DNA from: Caulobacter sp.
Lineage (GTDB): Bacteria > Pseudomonadota > Alphaproteobacteria > Caulobacterales > Caulobacteraceae
Reading direction: 5' to 3'
DNA: 64,000 bases
Assembly: GCA_028291265.1 (NCBI GenBank)
Contig: JAQGIK010000064.1
Span: 6,082-70,081, forward strand
The position numbers were made by a program, and so were the translations under genes. Under the pieces are notes generated by a model. That model searched no databases. It worked only from the letters and a program-made list of their open reading frames with translations, and was not told where the DNA came from. Shown piece after piece: positions 1 to 8,773 of the stretch (position 1 is the first letter of the stretch; every line of letters begins with the position of its first letter).

Positions 1-3000
1 AGGGCCTGGTCGGCGCCGCCGACGATGGTGAAGCTCAGGACCGCACCCGCGTCCGGATCGCCGGCCGTGATCGTTCCGACGTTGGCCGGGTTGAGGTTTT
101 CGGCGACGGAATAGTTGGCCGCCGCGCCGCCGCCGCCGGAGGAGATGACCGGCGCCTCATTGACGTTGGTGACGGTGACCGCGATGGCCTGGGTGTCGGA
201 CGTCGTGCCGTCAAAGACCCGCACGACCACGTCGTAGACGTTGTTGAGCCCCGAATCGCTGGGGTTTTCGAAGTTGTGGGGGCCCAGGAAGGTCAGCACG
301 CCGGTGGTGGCGTTGATGGCGAACTGGGTGCCGTCGATGCCGCCGGCGATGCTGTAGCTCAGGCTGCCGGGCGGGGTGTCGGGATCGGTGGCCGTGACCG
401 TGGTCACCGCCGTGGTGTTCTCGGCGATGCTCACCGCCGCCGTCGGGCCGGCGCCGTTCGAGGTGATGGTCGGAGACGCCCCCCCTTCGGCGACATCGGC
501 GATGACCACGGTGATCGTCTGCACGTCGGTCAGGGCGCCGTCGCTGGAGCGGACGATGACGATGTATTTGTTGTCGCCGTTGCTGTCGGCCGGGGCTTCG
601 AAGTCGGGGTTGCTGACGAAGCTGAGCGCGCCGGTGGCGGTGTTGATGCTGAAGCGCGCCGCATCGACGCCGCCCGAGATCGAATAGCTGAGGGTCGTGC
701 CGGCGTCCTGGTCGGTCGCCGTGACCGTGGTGACCAGCAGCGGCCCGTTCTCGGCGCGGGTGATGGTGGCGGCCGCGCCGCCGCCGTTGGAGGTGATGAC
801 CGGCGCGTCGTTGCGGTTGGTCACCGTGACGTTGACCGCCTGGGTGTCGGTGTTGGTCCCGTCGCTGGCCTGGACGACGACGTTGTAGACGTTGTCGCCG
901 TTGCTGTCGGAGGGCGCCTCGAAGTCGCGGCCGCTGATGAAGGCCAAGGCCCCGGTCGTCGCATCGATGGTGAACAGGGAGGAGTCGGTCCCGCCGACGA
1001 TGCTGAAGCTCAGGGTCGCGCCGGCGTCCGGGTCGGTCGCCGTCACCGTGGTCACCACGGTGGAGTTTTCCACCACGCTCCTGGCCGCCGTCGCCCCGCC
1101 GCCGTTGGAGGTGATGACCGGCGCTTCGTTGGCGTTGGTGACCGTCAGGTTGATGGTCTGGGTATCGGTCAGAGTCCCGTCGCTGGCCTGGACGATGACG
1201 GTGTAGACGTTGTCGCCGTTACTGTCGGCCGGGGCCTCGAAGTTGGGATTGGCCGCCAGCTGGATGACGCCCAGGGCGTTGATCACGAAGCGGGCGGCGT
1301 CGGCGCCGCCGACGATGCTGTAGGTGACAGTCGCCCCGGCGTCGGGATCGGCCGCGACGATCGGGTTCGGACCCAGGGTGTTTTCGGCGATCGTATAGCC
1401 GCCGACCGCGCCGCCGCCGTTGCTGGTGATGACCGGCGCTTCGTTCTGGTTGGTCACCGCGACGGTGATCGTCTGGCTGTCGGTGAAAGATCCGTTCGAG
1501 GCCTGGACGATGACCTGGTAGCTGTTGTCGGTGTTGCTGTCGGTCGGCGCCTCGAAGTTGGGCGGGGCCACGAAGCTGAGCACGCCGGTGGAGCTGTTGA
1601 TCGTGAAGCGGGCCTGATCGAGGCCGCCGGTGATGCTGTAGGTCAGGGTCGCGCCGTTAGGATCACTGGCGGTGACGGTGGTGACCGCCGTGCCGTTCTC
1701 AGGCCTGCTGAGGCTGGCGGTTGCGCCGCCGCCTTCGGAGGTGATGACCGGCGCCTCGGCGGCGTCGGTGACCGTGATCTTGAGGGCCTGGGTATCGACC
1801 AGGGCGCCGTCGGAGACCCGGACAATGACGTCGTAGATGTTGTCGCCGCCGACGTCGGTCGGGGCCTCGAAGTTACGGGCCGAGATAAAGCTCAGCGCCC
1901 CGGTCGTGGCGTTGATGGTGAACAGCGCGGCGTCGGCGCCGCCGGCCAGGCTGTAGGTCAGGCTGGCGCCGGCGTCGGGGTCGCTGGCGGTGACCGTGGT
2001 GACGGCCGTGGTATTCTCGGCGACGCTGCCGATCGCATTGGTCCCGCCGCCGCCCGAGGTGATGACGGGCGCTTCATTCTGGTTGAAGACCCGGAAAGTG
2101 ATGGCCTGGGTATCGGTCAGGGTCCCGTCCGAGAGCTGGACCGTGACCAGGTAGTCGTTGTCGCCGTTGGCGTCGTGCGGCGCTTCGAAGTTCGGGTCGG
2201 TGACGAAGGCGATGGCGCCAGTCGTGCTGTTCAGGGTGAACAGGGCCGCGTCGGCGCCGCCGATGATGCTCCAGGTCAGAGTGGCCCCGGCATCCGGATC
2301 GCTGGCCGGAAGGGTGGTCGGGCCGCCCGGGTTTTCGGGCACGTTGACGACGGCGGTCGGAGCGCTGCCGTTGATGTTGATGGTCGGGGCTTCGTTGACG
2401 TTGGTGACCGTAACCGCGATGTCCTGGGTGTCGGTGTTGGCGCCGTCGGAGACCTGGACCGTCACGTCGTAGACGTTGTTGCCGCCGATATCGGTCGGCG
2501 CTTCGAAATTGGGCGCGCTGACGAAGCTGAGAACGCCGGTCGTGCTGTTGATGGTGAACCGGGCCGCGTCGGCGCCGCCCAAGATCGAGAAGGTCAGGCT
2601 GGCGCCGGCGTCGGGATCGGCGGCGGTGACGGTGGTGACCGCGGTGGTGTTCTCGGCGACGCTGGCGGTGGCGTTGGTCCCGCCGCCGCCGGAGGTGATG
2701 GCCGGCGGTTCGTTGGTGTTGGTCACCGTGACGGCGATGGCCTGGCTGTCGGTCAGCGTCCCGTCGGAAACCTGGACCACCACGTCATAGACATTGTTGG
2801 TCCCGACGTCGGCCGGCGCCTCGAAATTCCGTGTGCTGACGAAGTTCAGCAGGCCGGTGGCGGCATTGATGGTGAACAGCGCCGCGTCGGCCCCGCCGAT
2901 GATGCTGTAGGTCAGGGCCGCGCCGGCGTCCTGGTCCGTCGAGGTGACCGTGGTGACCCCCAGCAGGTTCTCGGGCACGCTGATGTTGGCCGTGCCGCCG

Positions 3001-5270
3001 GCGCCGTTGCTGGTGATGGCCGGGGCGTCGTTGGCGTTCGTCACCGTGACCGCGATCGCCTGGGTGTCGGCCAGGGTTCCGTCCGAGACCTGCACGGTGA
3101 CGTCGTAGACGCCGTTGCCCCCGGCGTCGCTGGGCGTCTCGAAGTCGCGGCCGGAAATGAAGGCCAGGGCCCCCGTCGTGGCGTTGATGGTGAACAGCCC
3201 CTGGTCGGCCCCGCCGACAATGGAGAAGGTCAGGCTGGCGCCGGCGTCCGGATCGCTGGCCGTGACCGTGGTGACGGCGGTGGCGCCCTCGGCGACGCTG
3301 GCGCCGGCGTTCGGTCCGCCGCCCCCCGAAGTGATGACCGGGGCCTCGTTCGCATTCAGGATAGTAAGTTGGATGGTCTGGGTGTCGCTCAGGGCGCCGT
3401 CGAAGGCGCGGACGATGACCTCGTAGATGTTGTCGCCGTTGGCGTCGGCCGGCGTCTCGAAGTCGCGGGCCGCGGCCAGCTGCAGCAGGCCGGTGGTGGT
3501 GTTGATGGTGAAGAAGCCGGCGTCGGCGCCGCCGACGATGCTGTAGGTCGGGGTCGTGCCGTCCGGATCGGTGGCGCTGACCGTCGTCGGGCCCGTGGTC
3601 CCTTCGAAGATCGAATAGGCCCCGTTCGGGCCGCCGCCCAGCGAGTTGATCACCGGCGCGCCGTTGGTGTCGGTCACCCGGATGTTGAGCGTCTGGACGT
3701 CGGTGCGGGCTCCGTCAGTGACGCGGATCTGCACCTGGTAGATGTTGTTGGCGCCGCTATCGAGCGGGGTGGCGAAGTCCGGCGGGTTGGCGAAGTCGAG
3801 GATGCCCGTCGCGCTGTTGATGACGAAGAAGGCCTGGTCGGTCCCGCCGATGATGGCCCAGGTCAGGGTGGAGCCGGCGTCCGGGTCGACCGCGGTGTTG
3901 AGGATGGCGCCGGTCGTGCCCTCGACGACATCGTAGCTGGCCGTCGTGCCGCCGGCGCCGGAGGTGATCACCGGGCTTTCGTTGGCGTTGGTGATGGTGA
4001 CGGTCAAAGCCTGGGTGTCGGTCAGGGTTCCGTCACTGGCCTGGACGGTGACCTGGTAGGCGTTGTCGGCGTTGGCGTCGCCGGGGTTTTCGAAGTCGGG
4101 GGCATTGGCGAAACGCAGGGCCCCGGAGGCCGGATCGATCAGGAAGAGGGCCGCGTCGGCGCCGCCGACGATGGACCAGGTCGGGGCCGTGCCGTCGGGG
4201 TCGGTGGCCAGGTTGGTGGTGACGGCGGTCAGGTTCTCGGCGATCGCGCGCGTAGCGGCGGCGCCGCCGCCGTTGCTGGTGATGACCGGCGCCTCGGCGA
4301 CGTTGGTCACCGTGACGGCGATGGCCTGGGTGTCGGACAGCGTCCCGTCGCTGGCCCGGACGACGACGTCGTAGACGTTGTCGGCGCCGACGTCGGTCGG
4401 GGCCTCGAAGTTGGGGGCGACCTTGAATTCGAGCAGACCGGTGGTGGCGTTGATCTTGAATTTGGCGCTGTCCGCCCCGCCGATGATGGCGAAGGTCGGG
4501 GCCGTGCCGTCCGGGTCGGTTGCGGCGACGGTGGCGACCACTGTAGCCCCTTCGGCGGTCGAGGCGGTGGCGTTGGCGCCGCCGCCGCCGGAGGTGATGA
4601 CGGGCGCCTCGTTGGCGTTGGTGATGGTCACCGACAGGTTCTGGCTGTCGGTCAGCACGCCGTCGGAGACCTGGACGACGACCTGGTAGACGTTGTCGAG
4701 ATTGCTGTCGGTCGGGGCCTCGAAGTTGGGGGCGCTGACGAAGGCCAGCACGCCGGTCAGGCTGTTGATCGTGAAGCGGGCGGCGTCGGCCCCGCCGCTG
4801 ATGCTGTAGGTCAGCATGGCGCCGGCGTCGGCGTCAGAGGCGGTGACGGTGGTCACGGCCGTGGTGTTCTCGGCCTGGCTCGGGCTGGCGGCGACGCCGC
4901 CGCCGTTCGAGGTGATGGCCGGGGCCTCATTCTGGTTGGTGACATTGACGGTGAAGGCCTGGGTGTCGCTGGCCGTCCCGTCGCTGGCCTGGACGATCAC
5001 CTGGTAGGCGTTGTCGGCATTGGCGTCGGTGGGGGTCTCGAAGTCGGGGGCGGCGACGAAGCTGAGGGCCCCCGTCGTGCCGTTGATGGTGAAGCGGCTG
5101 GCGTCGGCGCCGCCGGCGATGCTGTAGGTGATGACCGCGCCGTTATCGATGTCGACGGCGGTGATGGTGGCGACGCTGCTCCCGTTCTCGACCCGGCCGA
5201 CGGTGGCGGCCGCGCCGCCGCCGCCCGAGGTGATGACCGGGGCGTCGTTCACGCCGGTGATGGTGACGGT
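1..5270 (-). repeat. At least 17 tandem cadherin-like domain repeats (~315-330 bp period)
   Basis: N(E/D)APxI(T/N/S)S linker motif counted 17 times between ~5250 and ~155, each followed by DPD/DxD Ca-binding-type motifs. Confidence 0.9.
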
Positions 5271-7181
5271 CACCGTGGTCGGGTTGGTCAGCCGGGCGAT
5301 GTTGGCCGCGCCGTAGAGGACGTAGGACGCGCCGGCGTCGGTGCGGCCGCTGGGGTCGGCGTTGGGCGAGCCGATGATCAGGTCGTCGATCCCGTCGTTG
5401 TTGAGATCGCCGGCCGCCGTCACCGACTGGCCGCTGAAGCCGCCGGCCGTGCCGCCGCCGACCGCGAAGCCGGTCAGGCCGTTGAGCAGGGAGAGGTCGA
5501 CGCTGGTGTAGCCGCCGGTCCGGCCGAACAGCACATAGCTCTGGCCGGCGTCGGCCCCGCCGCCGGCCGGATCGGCGTAGAGGGCCCCGATCAGCAGATC
5601 GTCGATGCCGTCGGCGTTGACGTCGCCGGCCGAGCTGACCGTGTGGCCGGTCAGGTCGCTGGCCGCGCCGCCGCTGATCACGAAGCCGGTCGTGCCCGAG
5701 ATGCTGGAGAGGTTGACCGAGGCGCCGAAGCCGCCGCCGTTACGGCCATAGAGGATGTAGACCTCGCCGGCGTTGGTCCGCCCGAGCGGGTCGCCGTAGA
5801 GGGCGCCGACGGCGATGTCGTCGATGCCGTCGTTGTTGAGGTCGCCGGCCTTGGCCACCGACCAGCCGGCGAAGTCGCCGGCGTCGATGCCGTTCAGCAC
5901 AAAGCCGTTGGTCCCGTTGAGGGTCGAGAGATCGATGCTGGCCGCGAAGCCGCCCGTGTGGCCGAACAGGACATAGGCCTCGCCGGCGTTGGTCCGGGCC
6001 CCGGGATCGCCGCCGGCCGCGCCGACGATGAGGTCGGCCAGGCCGTCGTTGTTGAGGTCCCCGGCCGAGGCCACCGACAGGCCGCTCTGGTCGTCGGCGT
6101 CGATGCCGGAGATCGAGAAGCCGTTGGTCCCGTTCAGGGTGGTGACGTCGATCGAGGCGCTGAACGGTCCGGTGTGGCCGAACAGGACGTAGGACTTGCC
6201 GGCCCCCGAATGGCCGGCCGGGTCGGCGTCGCGGGCCCCGACGATGATGTCGGCCCGGCCGTCGCCGTTGACGTCCCCGGCCGCCGAGACCGAGAAGCCC
6301 AGGCTGTCGGTGGCGGCGCCGCCGCGGATGACGAAGCCATTGGTCCCGTTGAGGCTGGAGACGTCGATGCCGCCGGCGAAGCCGCCGGCCGCCTGCCCGA
6401 AGATGACATAGGCGGCGCCGACATCGACCCCGGCCGGACCATTGGCCTTGGGCGCGCCGACGATGAAGTCGGCGCGGCCGTCGCCGTTGACGTCGCCGGC
6501 CGCCGACACGCTGGTGCCGCTGAAGTCGAGGGCCGCAAAGCCGCGGATGGAGAAGCCCTGGGCCGTGGTCAGGGCGGCCAGGTCGATGCCGGTATAGCCG
6601 CCGGTCTTGCCGTAGAGGACATAGGAGGTCCCGGCGCTGCTGCGCCCGCCCGGGTCGGCCTGCAGGGCCCCGATCAGCACGTCGTCGATGCCGTCGGAAT
6701 TGACGTCGCCGATGCCGGCCACGGCGTAGCCGGCCAGGTCCCCGGCCGCCGCGCCGACGATGGTGAAGCCCTTGGCGGCGGTGAGGGCGCCGGCGCTGAT
6801 GAAGCCGTCGGGGGCGACGGCCGAGCCGCCGCCGTCGGTGGCGACATAGGTGAAGGTCTCGGTGGCGGTCTGGCCGGCGGCCAGCTGCTGGTAGGCGCCA
6901 TTGACGAGGAAGCTCAGCGTGCCGTTGGCATTGACCAGGATCTGCACGCCGGACACCAGGGTGATCACCGAGCCTGGGGAAACGCTGGACCCGTTGACCT
7001 GGACGATGCCGACCACGCCGGTGTCGTTGCCCAGCACCGGCAGGACGACGGCCCCGCCGTCCTCGGTCGCCGGCCCGGCGTCATTGGTTCCGGAGACCAC
7101 CCGAGGGGCCGCCAGCGGATCGCCTCCGACCGGCAAGAGAGCCGCAAGGGTGGTGTCGCGAGAACTGGTTTTTACGGCCAC
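1..7181 (-). CDS. Giant cadherin-repeat / FG-GAP adhesin-like protein (>2390 aa, 3' end outside window)
   Basis: Absent from the ORF track because its stop lies outside the window. Read by hand from GTG at 7181 (GGGGAAGA upstream); the same frame still reads cadherin-like sequence at 59-3 (DPDAGAVLSFTIVGGADQA). N-terminal Ig/VCBS-like domain, seven GxxVxxxGDxNxDGxxD blades, then ~105-aa NEAPVITS...DxD...FE repeats. No Sec signal seen. Confidence 0.92.
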   Translation of the reverse strand, partial: MAVKTSSRDTTLAALLPVGGDPLAAPRVVSGTNDAGPATEDGGAVVLPVLGNDTGVVGIVQVNGSSVSPGSVITLVSGVQILVNANGTLSFLVNGAYQQLAAGQTATETFTYVATDGGGSAVAPDGFISAGALTAAKGFTIVGAAAGDLAGYAVAGIGDVNSDGIDDVLIGALQADPGGRSSAGTSYVLYGKTGGYTGIDLAALTTAQGFSIRGFAALDFSGTSVSAAGDVNGDGRADFIVGAPKANGPAGVDVGAAYVIFGQAAGGFAGGIDVSSLNGTNGFVIRGGAATDSLGFSVSAAGDVNGDGRADIIVGARDADPAGHSGAGKSYVLFGHTGPFSASIDVTTLNGTNGFSISGIDADDQSGLSVASAGDLNNDGLADLIVGAAGGDPGARTNAGEAYVLFGHTGGFAASIDLSTLNGTNGFVLNGIDAGDFAGWSVAKAGDLNNDGIDDIAVGALYGDPLGRTNAGEVYILYGRNGGGFGASVNLSSISGTTGFVISGGAASDLTGHTVSSAGDVNADGIDDLLIGALYADPAGGGADAGQSYVLFGRTGGYTSVDLSLLNGLTGFAVGGGTAGGFSGQSVTAAGDLNNDGIDDLIIGSPNADPSGRTDAGASYVLYGAANIARLTNPTTVTVTITGVNDAPVITSGGGGAAATVGRVENGSSVATITAVDIDNGAVITYSIAGGADASRFTINGTTGALSFVAAPDFETPTDANADNAYQVIVQASDGTASDTQAFTVNVTNQNEAPAITSNGGGVAASPSQAENTTAVTTVTASDADAGAMLTYSISGGADAARFTINSLTGVLAFVSAPNFEAPTDSNLDNVYQVVVQVSDGVLTDSQNLSVTITNANEAPVITSGGGGANATASTAEGATVVATVAATDPDGTAPTFAIIGGADSAKFKINATTGLLEFKVAPNFEAPTDVGADNVYDVVVRASDGTLSDTQAIAVTVTNVAEAPVITSNGGGAAATRAIAENLTAVTTNLATDPDGTAPTWSIVGGADAALFLIDPASGALRFANAPDFENPGDANADNAYQVTVQASDGTLTDTQALTVTITNANESPVITSGAGGTTASYDVVEGTTGAILNTAVDPDAGSTLTWAIIGGTDQAFFVINSATGILDFANPPDFATPLDSGANNIYQVQIRVTDGARTDVQTLNIRVTDTNGAPVINSLGGGPNGAYSIFEGTTGPTTVSATDPDGTTPTYSIVGGADAGFFTINTTTGLLQLAAARDFETPADANGDNIYEVIVRAFDGALSDTQTIQLTILNANEAPVITSGGGGPNAGASVAEGATAVTTVTASDPDAGASLTFSIVGGADQGLFTINATTGALAFISGRDFETPSDAGGNGVYDVTVQVSDGTLADTQAIAVTVTNANDAPAITSNGAGGTANISVPENLLGVTTVTSTDQDAGAALTYSIIGGADAALFTINAATGLLNFVSTRNFEAPADVGTNNVYDVVVQVSDGTLTDSQAIAVTVTNTNEPPAITSGGGGTNATASVAENTTAVTTVTAADPDAGASLTFSILGGADAARFTINSTTGVLSFVSAPNFEAPTDIGGNNVYDVTVQVSDGANTDTQDIAVTVTNVNEAPTININGSAPTAVVNVPENPGGPTTLPASDPDAGATLTWSIIGGADAALFTLNSTTGAIAFVTDPNFEAPHDANGDNDYLVTVQLSDGTLTDTQAITFRVFNQNEAPVITSGGGGTNAIGSVAENTTAVTTVTASDPDAGASLTYSLAGGADAALFTINATTGALSFISARNFEAPTDVGGDNIYDVIVRVSDGALVDTQALKITVTDAAEAPVITSEGGGATASLSRPENGTAVTTVTASDPNGATLTYSITGGLDQARFTINSSTGVLSFVAPPNFEAPTDSNTDNSYQVIVQASNGSFTDSQTITVAVTNQNEAPVITSNGGGAVGGYTIAENTLGPNPIVAADPDAGATVTYSIVGGADAARFVINALGVIQLAANPNFEAPADSNGDNVYTVIVQASDGTLTDTQTINLTVTNANEAPVITSNGGGATAARSVVENSTVVTTVTATDPDAGATLSFSIVGGTDSSLFTIDATTGALAFISGRDFEAPSDSNGDNVYNVVVQASDGTNTDTQAVNVTVTNRNDAPVITSNGGGAAATITRAENGPLLVTTVTATDQDAGTTLSYSISGGVDAARFSINTATGALSFVSNPDFEAPADSNGDNKYIVIVRSSDGALTDVQTITVVIADVAEGGASPTITSNGAGPTAAVSIAENTTAVTTVTATDPDTPPGSLSYSIAGGIDGTQFAINATTGVLTFLGPHNFENPSDSGLNNVYDVVVRVFDGTTSDTQAIAVTVTNVNEAPVISSGGGGAAANYSVAENLNPANVGTITAGDPDAGAVLSFTIVGGADQA
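5340..6760 (-). repeat. Seven FG-GAP (integrin-alpha-like) beta-propeller repeats
   Basis: Motifs GDVNSDGIDD, GDVNGDGRAD (twice), GDLNNDGLAD, GDLNNDGIDD, GDVNADGIDD, GDLNNDGIDD at ~215 bp spacing. Confidence 0.9.
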
Positions 7182-7435
7182 AATGTCTTCCCCTGAACCC
7201 CGACCGGCCCCTCCGACCGACCAACGCACCGTGAACGGTGTTCGTCAGATACGCACCTTCCGCGCGTTTGGTTTTGCCGTCAAATTTGAAGGGCTTAGCC
7301 GTTATGGTGAACCGGCGGGATCGGGCTCTCCATCCGCTTGCATTCCGTTTGGCCGACCGGTGTTTGATGCTATCGTGACCCCTTCGGGGATGGACCCAGG
7401 CCGGGGAGGCCGGGAACGAGCGTATAGGGGGCCGC

Positions 7436-8773
7436 GTGGAGCGACTGCTCGCGGGCAAGATCAGTGCGGTCTCGGGCTTGCTTTGGCCTGGGGCAATGCT
7501 CGCGGTGGTGCTGCTGTTCGCCGCGCCGGCCGCCGCGCAGGCTGTGCACAACGGCGTCGGTAGCTGCGCGGGCTCGACCTGTCATGGGCGCAGCGCCGGC
7601 GACGGCGCCGTGGTGCGCCAGAACGAACTGGTCGTCTGGCAGGACTATACCAGCGCCGCCGGGGCCCACTCCAAGGCCTGGCGCAGCCTGCAGACCCCCT
7701 GGGCCCAGAAGATCGCCGACCGGCTGGGCATGGGCGAAGCCGCCCGCGCCCCGGCCTGCCTCGGCTGCCACACCGACAACGCCGTCCGCCGCGGGCCGAC
7801 CTTCCAGGTTTCCGACGGGGTCGGCTGCGAGTCCTGCCACGGCGGGTCCGAGGGCTGGCTGGCCAGCCACTACACGGTCGGGGCCAGCCGCGCCGACAAT
7901 CGGGCGCGCGGCATGCGAGCCCTGGAAGATCCGCGGGTGCTGGCCAGCACCTGCCTCGACTGCCACTTCGGCAGCGACAAGCCCGGCCAGTTCGTCAGCC
8001 ACCGCATGATGGCCGCCGGCCATCCGCGCATGAGTTTCGAACTGGACCTGTTCAACAGCTACCAGAACCACGCCCGCAAGCGTTCGGTCAGCGGCGTGAC
8101 CAGCTGGGCGGTCGGCCAGGCTATGGCGCTCGAGCGGTCGCTGACCCTGTTCGCCTCTTCGAAGGGCAGCGAGGGGGTATTCCCCGAATTCTACTTCTTC
8201 GACTGCCACAGCTGTCACCGGGCGATCAGCGACGAGGCCAATCCGCCGGTGCGGTTCGGGACCAATCCCGGCCGGCCCATCGTCTGGGGGGCGCCGCCCT
8301 ACAACGACGAGAACATGATCCTCCTCAACGCCGCCGCCAGGGTCGCCGCACCGGAACTGGCCGACCGCTTCGCCGCCGACTCCAAGGCCTTCCACCAGGC
8401 GATGGGCGGCGATCGGGCCGGCATGCTGAGCGCCGCGAGCCGCCTGAACGCCACCACCAGGCAGCTGGGCAATCGCTTCGCCGGGCGGGGCTTCGGCGAC
8501 AAGGACACCGTCGCCATCCTGCGGCTGGTGCTCGGCGACGCCTTGACCGTTCGCTACACCGACTACAGCGGCGGGGCCCAGGCGGTGATGGCCGTCGACA
8601 CCCTGCTGACCGCGGCGGTCAACCAGGGCGCGGTATCCAGCGGCGCGGCCGGCGGCATGCGCCGCGACATCGAGGCGGCCTACGCCGCCGTCCGTGACCC
8701 CAACGCCTATCGACCGGGCGACTTCCGCGCGGCCCTCGGCCGGGTGCGAAGCGCCCTGGAGCGCGCCACATGA
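7436..8773 (+). CDS. Exported multiheme cytochrome c (c554-like; 4 CxxCH plus one CxxxxCH)
   Basis: Signal peptide ending AAA-Q; CAGSTCH, CLGCH, CESCH, CLDCH, CHSCH. Start may be the ATG at 7496. Confidence 0.85.
   Translation: MERLLAGKISAVSGLLWPGAMLAVVLLFAAPAAAQAVHNGVGSCAGSTCHGRSAGDGAVVRQNELVVWQDYTSAAGAHSKAWRSLQTPWAQKIADRLGMGEAARAPACLGCHTDNAVRRGPTFQVSDGVGCESCHGGSEGWLASHYTVGASRADNRARGMRALEDPRVLASTCLDCHFGSDKPGQFVSHRMMAAGHPRMSFELDLFNSYQNHARKRSVSGVTSWAVGQAMALERSLTLFASSKGSEGVFPEFYFFDCHSCHRAISDEANPPVRFGTNPGRPIVWGAPPYNDENMILLNAAARVAAPELADRFAADSKAFHQAMGGDRAGMLSAASRLNATTRQLGNRFAGRGFGDKDTVAILRLVLGDALTVRYTDYSGGAQAVMAVDTLLTAAVNQGAVSSGAAGGMRRDIEAAYAAVRDPNAYRPGDFRAALGRVRSALERAT

Noticed and set aside
276-7196. 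2306-aa plus-strand ORF
   Set aside because: Antisense shadow of the repeat adhesin. The translation is low-information G/A/V/D/R text, while the minus frame has clear cadherin and FG-GAP motifs.
7364-7376. TTGAT-GCT-ATCGT as an FNR/FixK box upstream of the cytochrome operon
   Set aside because: The spacer is 3 nt rather than 4 and the right half has two mismatches.
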